A stretch of DNA of 64,000 nucleotides, taken from Ignavibacteriota bacterium (GTDB lineage: Bacteria > Bacteroidota > Ignavibacteria > UBA10030 > CAVZMI01). Below the pieces are notes generated by a model. It was not told the origin of the DNA and did not search any database. It was given only the letters and a program-made list of their open reading frames with translations. Numbering within the stretch: position 1 is the first letter of the stretch; every line of letters starts with the position of its first letter. The stretch is taken from NCBI GenBank assembly GCA_963776275.1, contig CAVZMI010000023.1, positions 448,001 to 512,000 on the forward strand, read 5' to 3'. Positions 10,802 through 21,454 of this stretch are shown one piece after another. The translations under genes were made by a program, and so were the position numbers.

Positions 10802-11554
10802 TTATTTTCCTGCAGTTGATTCTTCTTGCTGTGCAACGACCTCACGGGCATTTACCCGTGCGCTCACAAAATCGTCGCTCTCAATCATTCCGTCACGGAT
10901 ACGTATAATGCGATGAGCATGGCGGGCGACATCCTCTTCGTGCGTCACAAGAATGATAGTATTCCCTTGTTCATGAAGTTCTTCGAGCAACATCATTATT
11001 TCCTGTCCGGTCTTTGTATCAAGGTTTCCGGTCGGTTCATCAGCCAGTATAATCGAAGGATTGTTTACCAGTGCACGGGCGACCGCGACACGCTGGCGTT
11101 GTCCGCCCGAAAGCTCATTCGGCTTATGAAGCATCCTGTCTCCGAGACCGACATGCTGAAGTGCTTCCTCAGCGAGCCGCCGCCGCTGTGTTGCCGGGAT
11201 ACCCGCGTAAATCAGCGGCAGCTCTACATTATGAAATGCATTGGAACGCGCAAGCAGGTTAAATGTCTGAAAAACAAATCCGATTTCTTTATTTCGGATT
11301 TTCGCCAGCTCATTGTCGTTCATCTCGCTGACATTGATCCCGTTAAGCTCATAGAGCCCCGATGTCGGTGTATCGAGACATCCGAGAATGTTCATCAACG
11401 TCGATTTCCCCGATCCCGACGGGCCCATGATAGCGACATATTCGTTTTTTTCTATCTGTAATGAGACGCCGTTGAGTGCGTGAACTACTTCGGCTCCCAT
11501 CTCATAGAATTTCGTAATCTGTTGAATTCTGATTAACATGGACTTCCTGTTCAT
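10802..11554 (-). CDS. ABC transporter ATP-binding protein (MacB/LolD type)
   Basis: Walker [33 protein letters not shown]. Confidence 0.96.
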   Translation of the reverse strand: MNRKSMLIRIQQITKFYEMGAEVVHALNGVSLQIEKNEYVAIMGPSGSGKSTLMNILGCLDTPTSGLYELNGINVSEMNDNELAKIRNKEIGFVFQTFNLLARSNAFHNVELPLIYAGIPATQRRRLAEEALQHVGLGDRMLHKPNELSGGQRQRVAVARALVNNPSIILADEPTGNLDTKTGQEIMMLLEELHEQGNTIILVTHEEDVARHAHRIIRIRDGMIESDDFVSARVNAREVVAQQEESTAGK

Positions 11555-12817
11555 TATTTTGTCGAAGCTGTAAATTTCTTCTGCTGGTTATCGACTTTCA
11601 ATTTTGAACCATCTTCGAGCTCGCGGTTGATAGCTTTGAAGCTTCCGGAGATAACCTCTTCTCCGCCTTTAAGTCCTTCGGTAATCTCGACGTATGTATC
11701 ATCGCTGATGCCGCGTTTGACCTTCGCCATTTTTGCTTTACCGTTATCGTTCAGGAATATCACCTCATCGACTTTTATTTCTTCCTTTTTCTTCCCATTA
11801 TTGATAGTGACGCCTTCGGGTTGTCCTTCTTCCGGTTTCTGTTCCATTTTCGGTGTACGTGTTGTCACACTCTGGATGGGAACAGCCAGAACATCATGGC
11901 GCGTATCGGTTTCAGTATCGGCAGTTACCGACATACCTGGACGTAACTCTATTCCCTTATCAAGAACACGAATCTTTACCTGAAAATTCACGACTTCCTC
12001 CTGCGTTCCGAGTCCTTTCGTCTTTGCCGCATTGCCGATTTCATAAACAATACCGACAAGCTTCTTCCCGGAGTAGGCGTCGACGGAGATACGAGAGGTA
12101 TCTCCGATTTTTACCTGAACGATATCGTTCTCATCAATATCGACCTGGGCTTCCATACTTTTTAAATCCGCGACAGTCATGATCTCCGTCCCCTGCATGA
12201 ACGAACTTCCGCTCGCACGCTCGCCGAGCCTGGAGATAAGGTTGCTTATCGTACCATCAATCGGTGAGTAGATTGTTGTTTTCCGGAGGCTTTCTTCCGC
12301 CTGGTTGAGCGCGGCTTTGGCAGACTCCCATTGCGCTTTCTGGACAGAATAGTTGGTTTTTGCCGTCTCAAGGTGCCTGATCGGATATAAGTTTCTTTTC
12401 AAAAAGTCCCTTCGCTCTGTTATAGTCGGCTTCAGCTTTTATCATGGTCGCTTCGCCGACAACCAGCATTGCTTTTTGCTGATCTCGTTGTGCGATATAA
12501 AAATCTGGTTTTACTTTAACGAGCAGGTCTCCCTTCTTCACCTTCTGTCCTTCTTTAACGGGCAGTGCGATGATTTCACCGGAGACTTCGGCATTTATTT
12601 TCACCTGGAGTTCAGGCTGTATTTTACCGGTTGCTGAAACGATCTGTGTGATCGTTCGTTTTTCGACTTTTTCAGTCTGGACGATAATGACCGTCTCACG
12701 TTTGCTTCCCAACACTACCAGCAATACCAGTGCAAGAACAACCACACCGATGATTGATAAAATAATCACTTTCTTTTTCGATTTGCGGCTTTTTGTACCA
12801 TTAGCCATGACACTCAT
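11554..12817 (-). CDS. Efflux periplasmic adaptor (MacA/HlyD family); single +1 frameshift at ~12375
   Basis: ATGKIQP...[13 protein letters not shown] and TIYSPIDG...LRPGMS halves join as ...SDQDLETAK... when one base of GGTGCC (12372-12377) is removed. Confidence 0.9.
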
Positions 12818-12835
12818 TACTCCTTTTCTATCGAA

Positions 12836-14176
12836 TTAGTACGGAATTGTTCCCACCGCTAGATCGACATTCTTCTTTGCGGTTATATAATTATAGACAG
12901 CGTTGACTTTATTCGACAATGCTGTTGAATAATTCGCATTCGCAGTCAGGAGATCCAGCAGCGTGCTCGCCCCCAGCCGATATTTCTCCTCCTGAATTTT
13001 TCGATCTTCATCTGCCGAGCGTACATTTTTTTGCGACACATCCACCTGTTTCATAGCGGCATCCAGATCGAGTAATGCTTTTTTAATGTCCACCTGAACC
13101 GACCGCTCTGTCTGCATCATTTGTGCTTCGGCGTTTTTGTATGATACTCGCGCTGTTTGAACCTGGTTATCAGTCTGAAATCCATTGAAGAGCGGAAGCG
13201 AAACATTGATCCCCCACGAGAGTGTACGGTTATCATTGAGTTTATTTATTTCAGACGCGCTTAATCCATATGAAACCGAACCGTTAACGGTGGGAAAGTA
13301 TCCGCTCTGAGCCATTGTAATGCTAGAGCTGGCGGCATTCATTTCTTCAATAGCACCCTTATAGTCGGGGCGAAGTGAGAGCGCCTGCTGAGTAAGCGCT
13401 TGAAAGTCTTTATATTGTGCATTCAATAAAGTAAATTCGGCGGTATCTACTTCTGCTTTTATCGTTGGATCAGAAAATTGATAGTTGTCATTCACATTCA
13501 ATCCGAGAAAAAGAATGATATCGGCTTTTGCCTTTTCAAAATTATTCTGTGCCTGTATCAGCACCAGTTCATCATTTCCGACTTGATATTGCTGGCGATA
13601 TACATCTGCAATCGCTCTTGCGCCAAGACGATTCATCTCGACAATCTGATCGAGCTGGCGTTGACTGCGCTTCCGATTATCTTCACTGACTCCTACAAGA
13701 GCATCATTTCGCAGGACATTAAGATAAAGCGATTGAGCCTGAAAAACCGTACTCTGTCTGACACGATATAAATTTTGCTCGGCGGCAACTGCATTCGATG
13801 TTGCCCGATTTACATTCGAGGTATTTTCAAAACCATTGAAAAGCGTCATATCGGCACTCACTGCCGTCCGAAAGTAATTGCTTGTCGATGTGTTCGGTAA
13901 AGGTACTGCAATGCCATTGAGAAATTGATACTCCGTGCGCGACTGTGATCGACTCCATGAACCATTTGCACCGACCGAGGGGAGAAGTGCCCCATAGGCT
14001 GCCCTTACATTGCTTTCTTGGCCGTCAGCAACATTCTTTTGTTGAATGACACTCAGATTACGTTCAAGTGCTATTTGTACGGCGGCATCAATTGAAACCA
14101 CCCGCGTTGTCTCCTGTGCAAAAGAAAATGATACCACGAAAAACAGTATAAATGTACTGCGAAGCATAGATTTCAT
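12836..14176 (-). CDS. TolC-family outer membrane efflux protein
   Basis: Signal peptide, duplicated OEP repeats (LLPSV/YFPTV, LFNGF twice), YRLGASTLLDLL; heads the efflux operon. Confidence 0.93.
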   Translation of the reverse strand: MKSMLRSTFILFFVVSFSFAQETTRVVSIDAAVQIALERNLSVIQQKNVADGQESNVRAAYGALLPSVGANGSWSRSQSRTEYQFLNGIAVPLPNTSTSNYFRTAVSADMTLFNGFENTSNVNRATSNAVAAEQNLYRVRQSTVFQAQSLYLNVLRNDALVGVSEDNRKRSQRQLDQIVEMNRLGARAIADVYRQQYQVGNDELVLIQAQNNFEKAKADIILFLGLNVNDNYQFSDPTIKAEVDTAEFTLLNAQYKDFQALTQQALSLRPDYKGAIEEMNAASSSITMAQSGYFPTVNGSVSYGLSASEINKLNDNRTLSWGINVSLPLFNGFQTDNQVQTARVSYKNAEAQMMQTERSVQVDIKKALLDLDAAMKQVDVSQKNVRSADEDRKIQEEKYRLGASTLLDLLTANANYSTALSNKVNAVYNYITAKKNVDLAVGTIPY

Positions 14177-14233
14177 AAGATTTTTCTCCAGTAGAATGAA
14201 ATTCTTCTATAATTAACGCGGTTATAAGGGAAA

Positions 14234-14249
14234 TGTTTCGCGTAAAACA
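14234..14249. promoter_or_regulatory. Candidate parS site
   Basis: TGTTTCGCGTAAAACA, 2 mismatches to the TGTTTCACGTGAAACA consensus; intergenic, ~11 kb from parB. Confidence 0.4.
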
Positions 14250-14341
14250 ATAATATACGAAAAATCGTGCTTAAAAACAATGTAACAATTCATCGTCCTA
14301 AACTTATTCCGACGGATAACTCATCATCGATTTATTATCCT

Positions 14342-15796
14342 CTACTTTCCGGAGGAATCGGAGTTGAGAATTGTATCTTTGATTCTCAGTAAAAATTCGA
14401 GAGCGGCATCATGCTCATTGGGAATTATCCCGTCAAGAATCGCATTCTCAATTGCTGTCTTAAGTTTTCCGATAATAGGACCTGGCGCAAGACCGCACAC
14501 CTGCATAATCTCATCGCCTTTCACAGGCGGCTGCCAATTCCTAATCCGATCCTTCTCTTCGACCTCTCTCATCTTCGCATAGACCCGGTCATAGTTGGCG
14601 GTATATTGCGCCACCAGCATCGGATTTTTTGACGTGATATCCGCTTTACAGAGAATCATAAGATCATCGACTTCATTTCCCGCTTCGAAGAGAAGCCGAC
14701 GCACAGCAGAATCCGTCACGCCGTCGTCGACGAGTGCCATCGGACGCAGGTGAAGCCGCACAAGTTTTTCAACGTAGGAAAGCGGTTCGAGCGGTAACCG
14801 CAGACGATGGAAAATTCCCTTTTGCATCCGTGCGCCGATTTCTTCATGTCCATAAAACGACCATCCGATCCCCTCGCGGAACATCTTCGTACGCGGTTTT
14901 GCAATATCATGAACCAAAGCGGCAAATCGGAGCCAGACATTGTCCGTCACGGTACTGATATTATCGACTACCTTGAGCGTATGAAGCAATACATCCTTGT
15001 GATAGTATTTCCGTCCATCGTCGGGGCTCGTACCAATGTCGTCCCGCTGATCCACTCCCGCCATTGTGTCGACCTCGGGAAGAACGATCTTCATCAATCC
15101 GCTCTCGTACATTAATTTGAGACCCAGCGAAGGCCGTTCGCTCTTCATGAGTTTTAAAAATTCGTCGGTGATGCGTTCCTGCGAAACGATTGTAATTCGG
15201 TCTGTCATTCTCGCGATTGCAGCAAAGGTCTCTACGTCAATTGAAAATCCGAGCTGTGCTGCGAACCGGACGGCCCTCATCATCCGGAGTGGGTCGTCAC
15301 CAAAGGTCTGCATTGGTTCGAGTGGAGTGCGGAGTATTTTTCGTTCGATGTCGCTTTTACCGTCAAATGGATCCTCAACCTCGCCATAACGTGATTCATT
15401 AAGCGATGCTGCAAGTGCATTGACTGTGAAATCACGCCGTGCAAGATCATCGGCGAGACTCCCTCCTTCGACATCGGGCTTTCGTGACGATTCACTGTAA
15501 CTCTCTTTCCGTGCACCTACAAATTCTATAATGCGATCGTCCAGCGGCAGCATCGCCGTGCCAAATTTTTCATAGACGATAATGTTTTTACGTTTCAATA
15601 CCGAGGCGACTTTTTTCGCAAAGGCGACCCCATCACCAACTACGACAATATCGATATCTTTGACCTCTCTTCCGAGAAGCAGATCGCGTACATATCCGCC
15701 GACGACAAATGCTTCTACACCCAGCTCGTCGGCAATACCGCCGATGCGTTTGAGAATCGGATCGGAAAGAGATAATATTTCAGGTTTTTCGTTCAT
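14342..15796 (-). CDS. cca: CCA tRNA nucleotidyltransferase with HD domain
   Basis: VGGYVRDLLL..DIDIVV, RRDFTVNA, DDPLRMMRAVRF, HDIAKP; start taken at MNEKPE. Confidence 0.93.
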   Translation of the reverse strand: MNEKPEILSLSDPILKRIGGIADELGVEAFVVGGYVRDLLLGREVKDIDIVVVGDGVAFAKKVASVLKRKNIIVYEKFGTAMLPLDDRIIEFVGARKESYSESSRKPDVEGGSLADDLARRDFTVNALAASLNESRYGEVEDPFDGKSDIERKILRTPLEPMQTFGDDPLRMMRAVRFAAQLGFSIDVETFAAIARMTDRITIVSQERITDEFLKLMKSERPSLGLKLMYESGLMKIVLPEVDTMAGVDQRDDIGTSPDDGRKYYHKDVLLHTLKVVDNISTVTDNVWLRFAALVHDIAKPRTKMFREGIGWSFYGHEEIGARMQKGIFHRLRLPLEPLSYVEKLVRLHLRPMALVDDGVTDSAVRRLLFEAGNEVDDLMILCKADITSKNPMLVAQYTANYDRVYAKMREVEEKDRIRNWQPPVKGDEIMQVCGLAPGPIIGKLKTAIENAILDGIIPNEHDAALEFLLRIKDTILNSDSSGK

Positions 15797-15807
15797 GATG
15801 CTTCTCC

Positions 15808-15963
15808 CCACGGCTTACGCCGTGGGTTAAGGTCTTGCGCCCTACGGAACTTGTCAGTGATGTAATGCTTTTTTTTCAACAGCCGGGTTACCGAGTAGTC
15901 CTGTTACGCGATAGTGGAACAGGAACGTCCTTTGACTAGCTCAGGACAAGTATCGAGGTAACC
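15808..15963. repeat. REP-like palindromes plus a copy of the 51-bp bipartite element carrying nested hairpins
   Basis: CCCACGGC-TTAC-GCCGTGGG hairpin; AGCCGGGTTACCGAGT(15881)...TATCGAGGTAACC(15963) enclosing CCTGTT..AACAGG and TCCTTTGACTAGCTCAGGACAAG. Confidence 0.7.
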
Positions 15964-16006
15964 ATATTAAAACCGCGAGTACAGAATACTTGGAGAAAAT
16001 ATTTCA

Positions 16007-17026
16007 TCAGCTTACTTGATCAATGACTTTTCTATATTTTAATTGTTGTTTTTCAATTGACGCTATGATTTCCTGTGCGACTTCAAGTGCCCGTTTTCCG
16101 TCTTGTGCACTCACCACAGGCACTGTATCATCAATTATTGACTGAAGAAAAAGTTCGAGTTCATATTGTAATGCATTCACTTTTTTGGGCTTTGGCCGCT
16201 CATAGACAATGTTTCTCTTAACCGGTCCAGAATCGATCTGTCCAAGAAGTCTGGTTGCTTTTACCGAGCGATCGTTCGAATCGACAAGGCGAAATATCTC
16301 CACAGTTCCTCCGGAGAAATCGATCGAAATGTAGGCGTTACTCTGGAAGAGCCGCATCTTCCTCATTGCGCGCTGCGAAATCCGGCTTGCGGTCACATTC
16401 GCGACGCAGCCGTTTGCAAACTGGATTCGTGCGTTTGCGATATCGATGTTTTCCGACACAATACCCACACCGCTTGCATCGATTTTCTCGACCGGTGCTT
16501 TCACAAGGCTGAGTATGATATCAATATCGTGAATCATCAGATCAAGTACGACTGCGACATCGGTCCCGCGTGGTTTGAATTGTGCCATCCGGTGCGACTC
16601 GATGAATAGAGGATCAAGATTCATATGTTCTACAGAAAGAATAGCAGGATTGAATCGTTCAATATGCCCGATTTGAACTTTCTTCCTTGTACGCTCGGAT
16701 TCGGCGATTAGCAATTCGGCTTCCTTCACGGTCTTCGTGATGGGCTTTTCAATAAACAGATGAAGTCCTTTCCTGAGCGCTTGCAGAGCGATATCCAAAT
16801 GCGTTGAGGTCGGAGTCGCAATACTAACTGCATTTACAGCAGTGTATAATTCGTCGATTGTCGCAAATGAACGTACCCGGAATTCTTTTGCCACAGAACA
16901 AGCCCGCTCTGCATTGATGTCATAGACACCGATAAATTCTGCGGTCTTAATCGACGAGTACATTTTTGCGTGAAGGGAACCGAGATGCCCTACTCCGACA
17001 ACGCCGACTTTTACTTTGCCGTCCAT
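16007..17026 (-). CDS. Gfo/Idh/MocA oxidoreductase (GnnA-like, possible UDP-GlcNAc 3-dehydrogenase)
   Basis: VVGVGHLG, EKP, GHIERFNP, DLMIHDID, TASRIS. Confidence 0.88.
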   Translation of the reverse strand: MDGKVKVGVVGVGHLGSLHAKMYSSIKTAEFIGVYDINAERACSVAKEFRVRSFATIDELYTAVNAVSIATPTSTHLDIALQALRKGLHLFIEKPITKTVKEAELLIAESERTRKKVQIGHIERFNPAILSVEHMNLDPLFIESHRMAQFKPRGTDVAVVLDLMIHDIDIILSLVKAPVEKIDASGVGIVSENIDIANARIQFANGCVANVTASRISQRAMRKMRLFQSNAYISIDFSGGTVEIFRLVDSNDRSVKATRLLGQIDSGPVKRNIVYERPKPKKVNALQYELELFLQSIIDDTVPVVSAQDGKRALEVAQEIIASIEKQQLKYRKVIDQVS

Positions 17027-17035
17027 AAAAACACC

Positions 17036-18574
17036 TTACTCTTTTTTCAGAAATGCTTTCGGTTGGGCGTTATGCCGCACCTTATATACTGTATAATATA
17101 TTACATGAAAGTCTGATGTCCTCATCCCGTAGAATGCACGATGAAAAAGCGGGACGAGATCCTCGTCCATGAGGCGCTCCGCCACAAAAGCCCGATCGAT
17201 AACGTAATCGGGAATACATGATGAAAAATAAAGTCTTTTTACCATAATGTCGTCGTAGGTATGTCCCTGACGTCTGAGCTTTATCATTTCCGGTGTAACC
17301 ACTCCCATTGGATCACATATCTTCCTATGTGAATAATAGCCGATGACGCCGGCATCCGGAACCGTGACTGTTGCATCCGGCGATGTGTTGTTCTCGAGCC
17401 ACGAGGCGATGTACTGAAATACATCTTCGGTCCCCTGGGCGATATCCCGCATATACGGCTGGACGGAGCGGCGATAGACGAATTGGTTCTGGATCAAGAC
17501 CATCGCCGTCAAAATAATAAAGATATTATAATCGAGTCTTTGAAACAAATTATATTCTTCATGAATATTTTTCATCCCCCAGAATCCAAGTATCGTGATA
17601 AAAGGGATGATCAGCAGCAGCGAGCGCTGCGCAATAGCTGTCCCGCAACTCAGAAAAAATACCGACAATATAATGACCCAGCCGGCGGGCAGCACAAGCA
17701 TCCGCAATTCAGTTCGTTCAGATGCCGTCTGTTTCCGGCTTTTTCGGACTGCGATGATAAGTCCGATTAAAAAGAACAGAGCAGTAACGGCATCCGATTC
17801 ACCAATGTACGCGGCAAAAGCTGTTAATCCCCGAAGGTTTCCGGCAGTACCCCCATCCGCAAAAAAAGAATTCGAAAGTACCGTTCCGAATGTCCGGAGC
17901 GCAAAAATATACCAGGGAAGGACGACAAGACAAAATGCAAGAAGTGATAAGCTGACGGTTTTAATAACCCGCCTCCGCTCAATGGTATTGAAAAAGATAT
18001 CGGCAATGATAATAACGATAAAGACGACCGCCTCCGGCCTGACGAGTGCCAGCAATCCTGCGATGACGGAGCCGATGACGTACTCGTTCCGCATGCAATA
18101 CCAGGCGGCTAGCAATGCTAAAAATACCGCCAGTGAAGTTTCCAGTCCGCTCGACGACCACTGAAGGAATGATATGTTCATCGAAAAAGCGAGCATTGCC
18201 AGAAGCGCAAGAATTCTATGACGGAGTATTTCATTTGCGAGCAGGGAAAAAACAATAAGTCCGAGAGATGCAATAAATAGATCGAGCGCCTTGGTACCGA
18301 GTGCGACGTCGATAGAAAAAAAGTTCTCGCATGAAATCAGAAGCGTCCAGAGCGGACTCGTAACGCCATATGACGGCTCATGCGGATTAAATGAGAAACC
18401 TCCTCCATTAGCGATATTCCGGGCATACTGGAGATAAACATATGTCTCATCCGGTGTATAATAAAAATGAGCTATTGATGCACCGAAGAAAATCAAAACG
18501 ATCGCCGCAAGTCCGAAAACGAGCAGCCGTTTTTGTGATGGTGTATATTCGGATTCTTCGATTGATGTATTCAT
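17036..18574 (-). CDS. Polytopic membrane protein, GT-C (ArnT/PMT-like) glycosyltransferase
   Basis: DETYVYLQYARN, G.TSPLW, SGLET, RPE motifs; many TM helices; DAGVIGYYS soluble tail. Confidence 0.7.
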   Translation of the reverse strand: MNTSIEESEYTPSQKRLLVFGLAAIVLIFFGASIAHFYYTPDETYVYLQYARNIANGGGFSFNPHEPSYGVTSPLWTLLISCENFFSIDVALGTKALDLFIASLGLIVFSLLANEILRHRILALLAMLAFSMNISFLQWSSSGLETSLAVFLALLAAWYCMRNEYVIGSVIAGLLALVRPEAVVFIVIIIADIFFNTIERRRVIKTVSLSLLAFCLVVLPWYIFALRTFGTVLSNSFFADGGTAGNLRGLTAFAAYIGESDAVTALFFLIGLIIAVRKSRKQTASERTELRMLVLPAGWVIILSVFFLSCGTAIAQRSLLLIIPFITILGFWGMKNIHEEYNLFQRLDYNIFIILTAMVLIQNQFVYRRSVQPYMRDIAQGTEDVFQYIASWLENNTSPDATVTVPDAGVIGYYSHRKICDPMGVVTPEMIKLRRQGHTYDDIMVKRLYFSSCIPDYVIDRAFVAERLMDEDLVPLFHRAFYGMRTSDFHVIYYTVYKVRHNAQPKAFLKKE

Positions 18575-19227
18575 AAAGGAAACGTGTCTTTAATCCATAT
18601 AAGAAGTTCCTCGGCAGAATAAAACACCATATCGGGCTGCATCGCCAGCACCTCCGGTTTCATATACGAATCCCACACAACGGCAGCCGTTTTTACTCCT
18701 ACGGAATGCGCTGCCTTCATATCAGAAACTGAATCGCCTACCATCAATACTTCTTCATTACTCAGACCGTACTTCTCCATGATTTTGGAAATTCCTTCCG
18801 AGGAAGGCTTATGATTGACGACATCGGAACCCGTAACAAGCATATCGAAATGTTTAAGTATACCGGACAGCTCTAGTGTAATCGTTGTTGTCCGAATTCC
18901 TTTCCCCGTAAACACTGCCAGTATCATTCCCAGTTTCTTAAGATGCTCGAGCATCTCAACAACACCGGGATACAGAGGGGCAAGGGAGGCATGCTGTTCT
19001 GCGTAGTATGCATAATAGTCTTCACATGCCGCTGAAGCAATTTCTTTGCCGAGCATCTTCTCGATGCATACTTCCTCCGGTGAACCGAAGAGCGCTATTA
19101 TTTCCGGTTCAGAAAATGTTTTATGAAGGTATTTTTGCGCTATGTGGTTGAAAGTGTCGAAAATGAGCTTGTTCGTCTGGGCCAGAGTCCCGTCAATGTC
19201 AAAAATAACGCATCGCAGTTTGTTCAC
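18571..19227 (-). CDS. HAD-family hydrolase (PpaX/Gph-like)
   Basis: FDIDGTL motif I, KP motif, MVGDSVSD motif IV. Confidence 0.92.
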   Translation of the reverse strand: MNKLRCVIFDIDGTLAQTNKLIFDTFNHIAQKYLHKTFSEPEIIALFGSPEEVCIEKMLGKEIASAACEDYYAYYAEQHASLAPLYPGVVEMLEHLKKLGMILAVFTGKGIRTTTITLELSGILKHFDMLVTGSDVVNHKPSSEGISKIMEKYGLSNEEVLMVGDSVSDMKAAHSVGVKTAAVVWDSYMKPEVLAMQPDMVFYSAEELLIWIKDTFPL

Positions 19228-19329
19228 TAAGCCCTCATTAGTAGTTAAAATATCTTAAATATACGAAAGGGCAAGCCGAGGTACAAGGAGTTGAGAGAGA
19301 GGGCAAGAACCTATTGAGATGGCTATCTC

Positions 19330-19510
19330 TAAGGAAAAATTAAAAAGTAAAAAGGAAAAAGGGGTAGAAAAATAAGAAAAGGAGTTATTCCGATTCTGCT
19401 TGTGCTTTAACATATTTTTCACTTTTTCCTTTTTCCTTTTTCCTTTTTCCTTTATCTTAATCTCGACCCCTCGACTCTCCCGACTGCGTCGGGATCGCTC
19501 GGGGTAAACC
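19330..19510. repeat. Low-complexity inverted AAAAGG/CCTTTT tracts and REP-like hairpin
   Basis: AAAAAGGAAAAAGG ... TTTTTCCTTTTTCCTTTTTCC arms; CCCGACTGCGTCGGG hairpin inside CCCTCGACT...CGCTCGGGG. Confidence 0.55.
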
Positions 19511-19532
19511 TCAACCTGCTCCTGGAGGCTTT

Positions 19533-20705
19533 CTGACAAATCGTGTTTTACTAAAAAAAGGCCATGATGCCCGCCTGCTTGCCGGCCATCTCTGGGTTTT
19601 CAGCAATGAGATTCATTCCATTGAAGGGAGTCCGGTGGTAGGTGATGTGGTCGATGTCCGCCGGATCGACGGAAAATTTATCGGGCGGGGTTTTTATCAT
19701 CCCCATTCATTAATAACTGTCCGGCTCGTCACGCGGACTGATGAGGAAATTACTCCCGCTCTCTTCACGCAGCGAATTTCCTCGGCTCTCTCGCTCCGCA
19801 AAAAAATCTATCCGGCATCGAACACATACCGGCTGGTGCACGGGGAAAGCGATTTCCTCCCCGGGTTGATCATCGACAGGTTCAACGACCTCTTTTCAAT
19901 CCAGACTTTTTCTGCGGGTGTAGATCATTGGCTCGATCAAATAGTCAAGATCCTTATCGGAATGTTACAACCGCAGGCAATTATCGAACGGAATGAATCG
20001 GCGTTACGAACACTCGAAGGGCTGCCGGCCCGCACCGGGATACTATATGGTGCGGAATCATCCACAACAATCGATATTGATGGAATTAAATACGCCATTG
20101 ATGTGTTAGAAGGACAGAAGACGGGTTTTTACCTTGATCAGCGCGAAAATCGAAAAAGTCTTCGAAAATATACGGAAGGATCAACGGTACTCGATTGCTT
20201 TTGTAACGACGGTGGATTCGCATTAAACGCCGCCGCTGCCGGAGCATCAAATATAGAGGGGGTAGACAGCTCGGACAGCGCAATTACGCGTGCGAGGATG
20301 AACGCGGAAACAAATGGGTACAGCACCCGATGCATATTCCATATCGGCGACGTATTCGAAACACTCAGAAATTTTATCGATCAAGGTCGGTTATTTGATG
20401 TTGTTGTTCTCGATCCCCCGTCATTCACAAAGAGCCGGAAAACCGTCAATACGGCCAAACGGGGCTATGCTGAGATCAATACGAATGCGATGAAAATTTT
20501 ATCACAAGGCGGGATGCTTGCAACTTCCTCATGTTCTCACCATATTACAGAAGAGACTTTTATGGATATTATCAAGGAGAGTGCGGTTGCTGCCGGACGG
20601 CAAATCCAACTCCTTGAATGGCATGGAGCGGCTCCCGACCATCCGGTGCTCCCGGCAATGCCTGAGACACAGTATTTAAAATTCGGAATTTTTAGAATCC
20701 TATAA
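19533..20705 (+). CDS. rlmI: 23S rRNA m5C1962 methyltransferase (RlmI family)
   Basis: PUA domain GHLWVFSNEI upstream of the listed GTG, HGESDFLPGLIID, GQKTGFYLDQREN, LDPPSF, SSCS; GGAGG then in-frame CTG at 19533. Confidence 0.88.
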   Translation: MTNRVLLKKGHDARLLAGHLWVFSNEIHSIEGSPVVGDVVDVRRIDGKFIGRGFYHPHSLITVRLVTRTDEEITPALFTQRISSALSLRKKIYPASNTYRLVHGESDFLPGLIIDRFNDLFSIQTFSAGVDHWLDQIVKILIGMLQPQAIIERNESALRTLEGLPARTGILYGAESSTTIDIDGIKYAIDVLEGQKTGFYLDQRENRKSLRKYTEGSTVLDCFCNDGGFALNAAAAGASNIEGVDSSDSAITRARMNAETNGYSTRCIFHIGDVFETLRNFIDQGRLFDVVVLDPPSFTKSRKTVNTAKRGYAEINTNAMKILSQGGMLATSSCSHHITEETFMDIIKESAVAAGRQIQLLEWHGAAPDHPVLPAMPETQYLKFGIFRIL

Positions 20706-20725
20706 GAGAATTCGAGAAAAACAAA

Positions 20726-21427
20726 ATGCGAAAACTGATAGTAACAGGATTTCTGATTTTACTTGGAGTCATAGGAAGCACGACTCCTTCGAATGCCCGG
20801 GGTCCAGACTCGACGATGGTGTTTGCCAATCCTAATAATCCTCTCATCACAACGGATACATCATCATACACGAACGTCTATGGACTCGATATTCTTTTTT
20901 CAAATAATGGATTTGGCGTCGGCTTTTTCCTTCGTAAGGAATATAGCCGTACTTTCCAGGGATTTATATCGCTGGCAATCTCAGAAGCAAAAGATGAACA
21001 GGAAGTTGAGTACTATGATCCATATACGTATCAATCCTATGTCCCCGGAAAAGTGAACCGGTTCCTCGTATTTCCGTTGACTGTCGGTATTCAGTACAGA
21101 CTCTTTGAAGATGAAATCCTCGACACTTTCCGTCCTTATATATCCGGAGGAATCGGACCTGCAATTGTGCTCTCGAGTCCTTATGAAAAGGAATTCTTCA
21201 GCAGTCTGAGTTATGCTCAGGCGCACTACACGTTCAATGCTTATATCGGAGGCGGAGCGTTTTTCGGGAGTGATAAGATAAACATCATGGGAGTGAGTTT
21301 TCGTTATTATTTCATCCCGGTATTCAATGGAATCCCCAGTCTGGTGGATGCTAATTCTGGCCTTGTGACAAAGAAAAAAGAATTCGGCGGATTCTTTATC
21401 TCTCTGAATTTTGGCTCAAGCTTTTAG
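20726..21427 (+). CDS. Outer-membrane beta-barrel-like exported protein
   Basis: Signal peptide, alternating aromatic/Gly strands (RPYISGGIG), C-terminal Phe. Confidence 0.65.
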   Translation: MRKLIVTGFLILLGVIGSTTPSNARGPDSTMVFANPNNPLITTDTSSYTNVYGLDILFSNNGFGVGFFLRKEYSRTFQGFISLAISEAKDEQEVEYYDPYTYQSYVPGKVNRFLVFPLTVGIQYRLFEDEILDTFRPYISGGIGPAIVLSSPYEKEFFSSLSYAQAHYTFNAYIGGGAFFGSDKINIMGVSFRYYFIPVFNGIPSLVDANSGLVTKKKEFGGFFISLNFGSSF

Positions 21428-21454
21428 CGGTTCGGGTCCAGATATAGCTCCTCC

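Noticed and set aside
19255-19539. 94-aa ORF with KEKGKRKKEK tract
   Set aside because: Translation of low-complexity AAAAGG tracts and a REP hairpin; not protein-like.
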